DNA from: an uncultured Thermodesulfobacteriota bacterium
Lineage (GTDB): Bacteria; Desulfobacterota; WTBG01; CAIYCZ01
Length of the DNA: 64,000 bases
NCBI GenBank assembly: GCA_964594075.1
Contig: CAZQKW010000004.1
Coordinates: forward strand, 38,171-102,170
Direction of reading: 5' to 3'
Shown here: piece after piece, positions 53,047 through 60,295 of the stretch
Position numbering within the stretch: position 1 is the first letter of the stretch
Layout of the letters: every line of letters starts with the position of its first letter
Position numbers and translations under genes: made by a program
Notes under the pieces: model-generated
Seen by the model: only the letters and a program-made list of their open reading frames with translations
The model's database searches: none
Told to the model about the DNA's origin: nothing

Positions 53047-53247
53047 GTGCGTCTCCGGGCCGGGGACCGATTGTATCGCCCCCGAGCCTTGACAAATGGT
53101 TTAACCGGACAATGGCGCTCTACCAAACGCCGCCATTGACCTGAATTGAGCTTTGGTCGTGCCGTGCGCCGCAATCAGTCATGACCCCGGGCGGAGTTTG
53201 ATGAGAAATAGCCGCCGTTTGCCGACGGCCGGCAACTGAGCGCGACA

Positions 53248-53619
53248 CTATTTTATGCGGACAATGCGAACCTTGAGCGTTGAGCAGCCCACCAGATCTA
53301 TAGAATATACCTTGTATAACGCATAGAGCGCAGCGGTACCGATCAGCCCCATCCCCACAAAGGTCTCAATGATGACCAACCCGACCGCAAGCGAGGTGAG
53401 GGCTGCGGCCAACAATGCCGGAACCTCCCCGAAAAAAAATGACAGGACGATGCCCAACACTGCAAGAACTGCAACCACCACTAAGCCGCGTTTGGTTATG
53501 ATTTTCATGCGCTTGAACTGCAACAGCCTGCGAGCCAGTTGTTCATCATCAATTAATATTTCATTCTCGTTGTGTTCAATGGCCTTTCTGAGCTCTTCCG
53601 TGGTTTTTACCGCGATCAT
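53248..53619 (-). CDS. small hypothetical membrane protein
   Basis: 123 aa with two TM helices. No family recognised. Confidence 0.45.
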   Translation of the reverse strand: MIAVKTTEELRKAIEHNENEILIDDEQLARRLLQFKRMKIITKRGLVVVAVLAVLGIVLSFFFGEVPALLAAALTSLAVGLVIIETFVGMGLIGTAALYALYKVYSIDLVGCSTLKVRIVRIK

Positions 53620-53738
53620 GAAAATCCTCTCCGCACCGGTTCAAAAATACGCTACCCTGATTTAGAAGAAAAATGTTTAACTATTTTCTCTGATAGTCCG
53701 ATACCTGATGTCGGCTGGCAGTTATCAAACCCCATTAC

Positions 53739-53773
53739 CCCCCTGAAGGCTTGGTCTTTCAGGGGGCTTTTTT
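53739..53773 (+). terminator. intrinsic terminator
   Basis: CCCCCTGAA-(loop)-TTCAGGGGG followed by CTTTTTT. Confidence 0.5.
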
Positions 53774-53788
53774 ATATGTGGTGATGAT

Positions 53789-53816
53789 TTGACAAATTAA
53801 AAAAATATGTTATAAA
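53789..53816 (+). promoter_or_regulatory. near-consensus sigma70 promoter (TTGACA-N16-TATAAA)
   Basis: TTGACAaattaaaaaaatatgtTATAAAat. Confidence 0.45.
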
Positions 53817-53822
53817 ATAGTT

Positions 53823-53896
53823 GAGGGTGTGAAACCCCTCATGTTCCCCTCTTTTTTTACCCCTGGAACGAGTAACATCGTCCAGGGGTTTTTTTA
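53823..53896 (+). ncRNA. candidate small RNA (~75 nt) bounded by promoter and terminator
   Basis: After the promoter: 5' hairpin GAGGGTGTGAAACCCCTC, a U-run, then a terminator hairpin CCCCTGGAACGAGTAACATCGTCCAGGGG followed by TTTTTTT. No ORF. Confidence 0.35.
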
Positions 53897-54002
53897 TGAC
53901 CCACAACCATGGGCACCGTGATATTCTCCACACCCGCAAAGGTTATACACCCGACCTCCCCTAACCTGTCCTCAGAGGGCCTGTGTCGTAATGGCATTAG
54001 AT

Positions 54003-54028
54003 GTCATTCTGCACAAGGTGAAGAATCT
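54003..54028. repeat. REP-like 26-bp element (reverse orientation)
   Basis: GTCATTCTGCACAAGGTGAAGAATCT. Confidence 0.55.
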
Positions 54029-54247
54029 TAATTGCGACTCAGCCTCCTATCAAGGAGGGGAAAAGTTATCACGTCGGCGCATGGTGCCCCGGGCAGACAG
54101 TGCACCATGCAACGGAACCTGCCGCTGCGCAGGTGCTGAGCGGTGGGGTTATGGCTCAGGAAAACCACCGTGCGCTGATAGTTCACGATGCTTTTTTAAT
54201 TAAAAACGCACGGGGAACATAGATGAAGTCGTCTTGCCGCAAAATTT

Positions 54248-54388
54248 TCAATTGTTTTTTTGCTCAGAGAGTCTGGAAAGGACCTCAATATTTTCACGCA
54301 TGCGCTTTTGTGTCGCTTTAAAGTTAGCCTTGTTTTTGCTCCGTTTTCGTTTGCGGATAGATTCAGTCTTTGCAGTATTTGATGCCAC
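54248..54388 (-). CDS. possible small basic protein (46 aa, GTG start)
   Basis: GGAGG Shine-Dalgarno 9 nt upstream of a GTG start. Translation VASNTAKTESIRKRKRSKNKANFKATQKRMRENIEVLSRLSEQKNN is Lys/Arg-rich and ribosomal-protein-like. Not validated. Confidence 0.2.
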   Translation of the reverse strand: MASNTAKTESIRKRKRSKNKANFKATQKRMRENIEVLSRLSEQKNN

Positions 54389-54470
54389 TACCTATTTCCT
54401 CCTTTTTCCCTTCAGTATTCTCAATAATTAATCAAGATGCAGAAAAAATTGTTATTTCAAAAGTAATGTT

Positions 54471-54497
54471 GCGATTCTTCGCTGCGTTCAGAATGAC
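54471..54497. repeat. REP-like 26-bp element
   Basis: GCGATTCTTCGCTGCGTTCAGAATGAC. Confidence 0.6.
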
Positions 54498-54952
54498 GCA
54501 TTTTTTTACCGCAGACGGTCAATATTTCCATTGTATCTGTTGATAAATTTTAGCAGCTTACCGCTCTTATGTCACGATAAATTTTAGCTCTGCAGCATGA
54601 GACTGCGCGGTAGCAGGGCAGACTCGGCAGCGGCGTTTTTTACCGTCATTGCGATCAAAAACCCGAAATGTTTTTCAGTAAAAAATTTATTTACATTTAT
54701 TATATAAAAGGCTATGGTTACCAGCAACAGGGTATGGTGCTGCATTCTCAGGTTTTAAACGTCGCCTGAGTTGCAGCAAAAATCTGGTGAAAAACAGTCT
54801 GTGTTTAGTATTTTTTCACTACGCGAGTTGGGTTCGGTATTTTGGAGCCCATGCCATTTCGGCCTTGCGCCTGAGCTGTGCAGCTCCACGGCAGCTCTCA
54901 AAGTAATGTCCCGACGAGCGGTATTTTATGAGGAAAGGAGGGATTTGAGAGT

Positions 54953-55156
54953 ATGGCAAAAGGCCGGGTGAAATGGTTTGACAAAAAAAAGGGCTACGGC
55001 TTTATTGAGGCCGACGGCCAGGGCGATGTATTTGTCCACTACAGCAACATTGAAGGCGACGGGTTCCGTTTGCTGAAAGACGGAGAGCAGGTGAGTTTCG
55101 AAGTGGAGAACAGCCCGAAAGGACCGCACGCAATAAAGGTCAAAAAAGTGGAATAG
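54953..55156 (+). CDS. cold-shock protein (CspA family), second copy
   Basis: KWFDKKKGYGFI and VFVHYS motifs; 67 aa. Confidence 0.9.
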   Translation: MAKGRVKWFDKKKGYGFIEADGQGDVFVHYSNIEGDGFRLLKDGEQVSFEVENSPKGPHAIKVKKVE

Positions 55157-55184
55157 CCGCACCATTTATGAAAGCACGACACAT

Positions 55185-55217
55185 GCGCCCGAATGCACGT
55201 TTGGGCGCTTTTTTATT
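55185..55217 (+). terminator. intrinsic terminator after csp
   Basis: GCGCCCGAATGCACGTTTGGGCGC followed by TTTTTTATT. Confidence 0.6.
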
Positions 55218-55352
55218 CTTCGCACGTCCCCCCACAACCTGGTGCCACCGCTATTGTGTTGTTAATAATCCACCGCATAGAATTAAGGCCCGTTAAACCT
55301 TGCCAAAAAAACCGGACTTTCCCCATAATATTTTATCGCTGGCGATGAAGAA

Positions 55353-55559
55353 GCGCCTGGGGGTTTTTCTCTGCCGCACCAATCTGCTCATCCGCCGGCA
55401 TCACGACCCCGGCACCGTGCGTATTCTGCCCCGGGCAGGCAGCCGGTAGAGCCTTCGTCACCGGCAATGCAGAGGGTCTGGGGACTGCATAATATACCAG
55501 CACCTGCCGTGTTCCTGGCACAGACGGTTGTGTTGTGGCAATGAAAAACCCCCAGACGC
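55353..55559. mobile_element. ~205-bp MITE-like element with 17-bp terminal inverted repeats (copy 1, complete)
   Basis: Ends GCGCCTGGGGGTTTTTC ... GAAAAACCCCCAGACGC. The interior is about 90 percent identical to the reverse complement of 62956..63124. Confidence 0.6.
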
Positions 55560-55803
55560 TTCTGTTTTGATCTTCCCCATTATTCCCCGTGCGTTTCGGT
55601 GTTTTCGTGCAGGTTACCCGAATTGCAGGGCTAATTTTTGCGGAACGTCCCGCCCAAAAAAATTCCTTGACAGAATTATTTAAAAAAATTAATATTCCGT
55701 TATCGGAATTTCCGTAATTGAAAATATTGCGTTCCAGGACGTTTCGGCAAACAGTATTTTTGTTTAGCATCACTCCCAAAATTTTTCCTTAACGGGCTGT
55801 GCC

Positions 55804-56256
55804 ATGACCAAAAAAGTTGACGCGCTTGACACCAAGCTGTTGATTGTCAGAGATTTCATTGATGAGTTTTACAATAAAACCATATTTCAAAAAGGGAGCA
55901 GCAATGCCGCATCGGATTTGACGCCTTCTGTCATAAAAGCCCTGTTTGCCTTTTCTGATGAAAACCAAGCCTATCCCATCGGCGAGCTGGGAAGATATGC
56001 GCGGGTCAAAAGTTCTACCATTACCGATATGGTTGACCGTCTGGAACGTGACGGGATTGCGGAACGGTTTAAGGAAGACGGCGACCGGCGCGTGATCAAG
56101 GTGCGGCTCACTGCAAAAGGCAAAAAGCTGCGCCGAGAATTCAGCCAGAAACGGCGGCAGGAGTTCGCAGCGCTCTTTGCAAAATTGGACCCAAGCGAAC
56201 AGGAGCAGCTTCTCCATCATCTGGAAGGCGCGTATCAGATATTAAAAAAGATTTAA
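55804..56256 (+). CDS. MarR-family transcriptional regulator
   Basis: Winged-helix segment ITDMVDRLERDGIAERFKEDGDRRVIKVRLTAKGKKL. Confidence 0.8.
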   Translation: MTKKVDALDTKLLIVRDFIDEFYNKTIFQKGSSNAASDLTPSVIKALFAFSDENQAYPIGELGRYARVKSSTITDMVDRLERDGIAERFKEDGDRRVIKVRLTAKGKKLRREFSQKRRQEFAALFAKLDPSEQEQLLHHLEGAYQILKKI

Positions 56257-56289
56257 CGTGATACTGCTGGATAAAAGGAAAGGTAAACA

Positions 56290-57312
56290 ATGGACATAGA
56301 TTTGACACAGACCGGATTCTGGGCGCTCATGGTGGCGACCTTTACCCTTGCCGCAACGCATACCGTTTCTCCCGATCACTGGTTCCCCTTCATTATGGTC
56401 GGCAGGGCAAACAAATGGAAACTGTCCTGGGTGCTGCTGCTGGCACTTCTGGCCGGAATAGGGCATGTGGGAACCTCGGTTGCTATTGGCTTGATAGGCG
56501 TATTTGCTGAAAAGGGCATGTCAAAAAGTGTCGCGGAATTTCTTGAAAATGCCACCCCGCTGCTGCTGATAATTTTTGGGTTTGGGTATGCCGGATACGC
56601 GTTTTACAAGCAACGGGTTGGTGCCCACGGCCATGCGCACGGCATACCGATTCTAAACAAATGGCTGGGCATTGATCCCCATGCCTATGCTCTGCCGCAT
56701 CATGAACACGGCACCCACGATCACAGCCAGGATCAAGTGGCGGGCATTCACATCGGCAGGGTCAATTTATATATCCACAATATGGAGTTGCACATAACGG
56801 TAGCCCATGATGATCATATCCATGGCTATGATGCGACTACTGAAGAAGACCACAACCATAAGCATTATCACGCAGATATTTTGCATGAACATAAGCATGT
56901 GCATACCCTCAAGGGACTGGTTCATGACCATGGCGCTGAGCACGCTCATCCGCAAGGGGAGCATCAGCCTCACGTCCATACGCAAGACCTGCACCATACC
57001 CGCCATGAAACTGCAGAACAACAGCTTAAGCATAAACGGGCGGGCTGGGGGCTGGTGGCGATCCTGGGATTAACACCCTGCATTGCATTGCTTCCCCTCA
57101 CGTTTGCCGCGGTGAAATACGGGTCTCTGGCTGTCATTCTGGTAAACATATCGTTTGCCGTGGGCACGTTGGGCACTATCCTGCTGTTTACCTGGCTCGG
57201 GTATCTGGGATTGTCCTGGATTAAACTTGAATTTTTTGAAGAATACGGCGATGTGATTGCCGGCGTCATTATCGGCCTGCTGGGAGTTGCAACAAAAGTT
57301 TTTGAGTTGTGA
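56290..57312 (+). CDS. nickel/cobalt transporter, NicO/NiCoT-RcnA family with His-rich loop
   Basis: N-terminal HTVSPDH (HX4DH signature), a central loop with more than 30 His, and 6-8 TM helices. Confidence 0.7.
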   Translation: MDIDLTQTGFWALMVATFTLAATHTVSPDHWFPFIMVGRANKWKLSWVLLLALLAGIGHVGTSVAIGLIGVFAEKGMSKSVAEFLENATPLLLIIFGFGYAGYAFYKQRVGAHGHAHGIPILNKWLGIDPHAYALPHHEHGTHDHSQDQVAGIHIGRVNLYIHNMELHITVAHDDHIHGYDATTEEDHNHKHYHADILHEHKHVHTLKGLVHDHGAEHAHPQGEHQPHVHTQDLHHTRHETAEQQLKHKRAGWGLVAILGLTPCIALLPLTFAAVKYGSLAVILVNISFAVGTLGTILLFTWLGYLGLSWIKLEFFEEYGDVIAGVIIGLLGVATKVFEL

Positions 57313-57355
57313 ACTGACAGGCGTATCACCCTATTAAAACAGAGAGGAAGATGGT

Positions 57356-58111
57356 ATGAGCGACATAGTTACCGATCTTGGCTTTGACTCCAAAAGCCTG
57401 TGGCAGCCAAAGGGATTTGATCCCCATCCCTTTCCTGAACGCACCTGGCCGCTGCTCAAGGAATTAAACCTGAAACGGCTGACCGAGGTGGAGGGCGAGG
57501 ATTTAACCCCCATCCAGGGAATGATCAAGCAGCCCATGGCAGAGGGCACCTTTAGAAATTTTTGCAACGAGAAGATTGAAAAGCTTGCCCTCATGTGGCT
57601 CCTGATCTCAAAGAGCATTGCCGGCGGGAGCTGGGTGGGCTGGCCCAATGATGGGTATGACTTCCCGGCGCTAATTATTGCCTGGGAAGAATCAAAAAAA
57701 CGGCTGCACATTATTATTGACGTCATGCCGATTGTGGACTGCGTGGAATATGAGTGGTACCGGGAGAAATACCTTGACGGCATTGAACCGGTCTATAACG
57801 AATATAAGGATTTAATCGGCCCCAATTCCACCTATCGCTGGTTCCGCGCCATGCAGGGTCCCTATCATATTTTTGACAGCCCGAATGAAAAGCGGGAGCG
57901 CGCCCTGCAGTGCGAAATAGAGTATATTAAATACTGGGTTGATGTGGTAAAAAAAGCCGAATCCGTCGCCGATGCCGCCTATCGAGAATACGCGATAAGG
58001 CGCAAGCGGATTTTAATGACGCAGTTGCGGCAGCGCGACCCGCTGGGTTCGGTTCTGATGCGAACTCTGGGACCGGAACTGGGCAAGAAGAGCGTGGTGG
58101 GATATACATAA
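57356..58111 (+). CDS. ferredoxin-dependent bilin reductase (FDBR)-like protein, divergent paralog A
   Basis: EKIEKLALMW (compare the FDBR FRKxHLE motif) and GWPNDGYDFPALII (compare PcyA FPEPLYGLPLFGCD). About 250 aa. The canonical catalytic His/Glu/Asp are not conserved. Confidence 0.5.
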   Translation: MSDIVTDLGFDSKSLWQPKGFDPHPFPERTWPLLKELNLKRLTEVEGEDLTPIQGMIKQPMAEGTFRNFCNEKIEKLALMWLLISKSIAGGSWVGWPNDGYDFPALIIAWEESKKRLHIIIDVMPIVDCVEYEWYREKYLDGIEPVYNEYKDLIGPNSTYRWFRAMQGPYHIFDSPNEKRERALQCEIEYIKYWVDVVKKAESVADAAYREYAIRRKRILMTQLRQRDPLGSVLMRTLGPELGKKSVVGYT

Positions 58112-58165
58112 AAAGAGGAAAAAGTTAAAGGAAAAAAGGTTAAAAGGAAAAAAGGAGTTATAGCA

Positions 58166-58582
58166 ATGCCATCCATGATAGAGATTATGCGAAAAGGGGC
58201 TGATCTGGTCAACAATGACGAAGAGTTCAAAGCCCAGATGGTTGAATTAGACGGCGACATCATTTTCTGGCGGTTTGAAGACGATCAGCCGGCGGTAACC
58301 ACCCGGCTTGACAAAGGCGTCCTGGTAGTGGAAGAGGGAGAACATCCTGGTTCACAGGTCGGCATGAAGCTCAAGGCCAAAGTGCTTCTGGATGTGATAG
58401 ATAATTCTCTTGAGGCAAAAATGATGTACACCTTTACCGAACTGGTTAAGGGCGACGTTGAACGTGCCCGCCATCATGTGTTTGCCCTCGTGCCATACAT
58501 CTACGGGATGCAGGATTACTACGACAGCGATGAAGGATTCAGAAGCATGGTGGTGGATAAAAAGCGGCAGCTCGGAGGATAA
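58166..58582 (+). CDS. hypothetical protein (138 aa), possibly small-ligand-binding (SCP2-like?)
   Basis: No clear motif. It sits inside the FDBR-like/ferredoxin cluster and its stop overlaps the ferredoxin start. Confidence 0.4.
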   Translation: MPSMIEIMRKGADLVNNDEEFKAQMVELDGDIIFWRFEDDQPAVTTRLDKGVLVVEEGEHPGSQVGMKLKAKVLLDVIDNSLEAKMMYTFTELVKGDVERARHHVFALVPYIYGMQDYYDSDEGFRSMVVDKKRQLGG

Positions 58583-58815
58583 TGGCTGTGGATGTTCATG
58601 AGCACAGCATTGTTATTGATGAAGATAAATGCGTCGGCTGCGGAATCTGTATCGAGTATTGTCATGTAGATGCGATCCGCATCAATGAAGAACGCAACGT
58701 GGTAGAAGTGGTTGACCTTGAGAGCTGCATTGAATGCCATAGCTGTCAGCAGCGGTGCCCGCAAAAAGCCATTATGGTCTACCCGCAGATTGAAGAAGTC
58801 CTGCCGGAACTTTAA
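58582..58815 (+). CDS. 2[4Fe-4S] ferredoxin
   Basis: CVGCGICIEYC and CIECHSCQQRCP. Confidence 0.8.
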   Translation: MAVDVHEHSIVIDEDKCVGCGICIEYCHVDAIRINEERNVVEVVDLESCIECHSCQQRCPQKAIMVYPQIEEVLPEL

Positions 58816-58827
58816 GGACAGGGGCGC

Positions 58828-59067
58828 GTGCACATGGAGATTAAATTCATCGTAGATACAGAGCGCTGTCTGGGAGCAGATGCCTGCGGCAACCTTTGCG
58901 CCCGCATCTGTCCGCCGGATATTATTGACTATGCTGATGAAAACGGAAAGAAAGTCCCCCGGGTAAATGATATGGAGCTGTGCATGAAAGATCACGGATG
59001 CCAGAACAACTGTCCGGTGAAAGCGATTACCATTCTTCCGCCGCAGGAAGAAGGACGGAATTTTTAA
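58828..59067 (+). CDS. ferredoxin-like Fe-S protein with atypical Cys spacing
   Basis: CLGADACGNLCARICPP and CMKDHGCQNNCP. Confidence 0.6.
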   Translation: MHMEIKFIVDTERCLGADACGNLCARICPPDIIDYADENGKKVPRVNDMELCMKDHGCQNNCPVKAITILPPQEEGRNF

Positions 59068-59099
59068 CAACTTATCCCATTTAAAACAGGAGGCACACC

Positions 59100-59879
59100 A
59101 TGAAGGAATATCATCTGGAGAAAGAGGTGGGGTTCAGGTGCGACACCTGGCCTGCCAAGAATGTTCCCGAGATTAGGCCGTTTCCCGAGGAATGCTGGGA
59201 AATCCTGCGCACTCTTGAGGTAAAGCCGTTGCGCGGTATGTATCAGGGCTATAATATGGATTTGCTGCTGGAGAATCTTGATTCGCCGATGGCAAAAGGC
59301 GCGGTGCGGGTGTTTGAGTCGGAAAAAATAGAAAAAGTCTGCCTCTGGTGGCAGGTGCTTTCAGGGCGTTCTATCTCCGGCGCGGTCATTGGATTCCCCC
59401 GCGATGATTACGACTTTCCGGTAATGCTTATTGACTGGGATGAAGGACGCGGCCCGGGCCACGGCATGGTTGACCATATGCCCCTGTGCGATCTGGTGCT
59501 CCATGAGGACTACCGCATCAAGTACCTTGATAAACTGGATAATACGTTCCGGGAATATTATGATATAATCGGTCCGCCGTCGCTGCACGTCTGGTTTAGA
59601 ACGCTCACCGGACCGTATTACAGTTTTTTCAGAACTCAGGCGGGCGGCACGCCGGAGTATCGCCAGCGCATTTTGAATCTGCCGCTCCGCTACCTTCAGA
59701 TGTGGGCGGATACGGTTAAGGAAGCGCAGCCGGTCACCGATCCGGCGCACCGTGAATACTGCATCAAGCGCAAACGCGTGCTTCAGGAATGGCTGTTTGT
59801 CCGTGACCCGGTAACCTCGGTGATGCTGCGCTGTTATGGAAAGGAAATCGGCTCGCTGGTAATGAAGGGTCTGTCATAG
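59100..59879 (+). CDS. ferredoxin-dependent bilin reductase (FDBR)-like protein, divergent paralog B
   Basis: VRVFESEKIEKVCLWW and GFPRDDYDFPVMLIDWDEG. Co-linear with paralog A (EYxDxIGP, WFR, GPY, REY.IxRKR). Confidence 0.5.
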   Translation: MKEYHLEKEVGFRCDTWPAKNVPEIRPFPEECWEILRTLEVKPLRGMYQGYNMDLLLENLDSPMAKGAVRVFESEKIEKVCLWWQVLSGRSISGAVIGFPRDDYDFPVMLIDWDEGRGPGHGMVDHMPLCDLVLHEDYRIKYLDKLDNTFREYYDIIGPPSLHVWFRTLTGPYYSFFRTQAGGTPEYRQRILNLPLRYLQMWADTVKEAQPVTDPAHREYCIKRKRVLQEWLFVRDPVTSVMLRCYGKEIGSLVMKGLS

Positions 59880-59938
59880 AAAACGCGCTTACAGGTGAAC
59901 ACTATGAGCGCGCAGCGTGCCTTTTCCAGGAGAACCCC

Positions 59939-60217
59939 ATGCCCAAAATAACCGAAGACCAAATTGTTCAGATTGAAATTAAAATTGATGAAGAAAAATG
60001 TGTCGGCTGCGGAACCTGCATCTCGGTGTGCCCGGTTAATCTGCTTGAATTAAAGGTGGTGGGCACCAAGAAAAAAAGTTGTGCGCCGGATCAGAGTTTC
60101 TGCCTGAAATGCCATATGTGCGAATTCCACTGTGGATATGAAGCCATTAAAGTGTTTCCGCCGTTTGAAGGGCAGCAGCCCACCGATCAGGCAAAAGTGC
60201 CGATGCGCCATCGCTAA
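59939..60217 (+). CDS. 2[4Fe-4S] ferredoxin
   Basis: CVGCGTCISVCP and CLKCHMCEFHC. Confidence 0.8.
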   Translation: MPKITEDQIVQIEIKIDEEKCVGCGTCISVCPVNLLELKVVGTKKKSCAPDQSFCLKCHMCEFHCGYEAIKVFPPFEGQQPTDQAKVPMRHR

Positions 60218-60295
60218 CCGAACCCGTGACCTCCTTGACCGCTGATTACAACCCGCCATGTTTCCGCAGCGTGCGCCGAGGATAAAAGGATAGCG

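Noticed and set aside
55333-55779. 148-aa minus-strand ORF
   Set aside because: It spans the MITE-like element and intergenic DNA. There is no Shine-Dalgarno and it is explained by the repeat.
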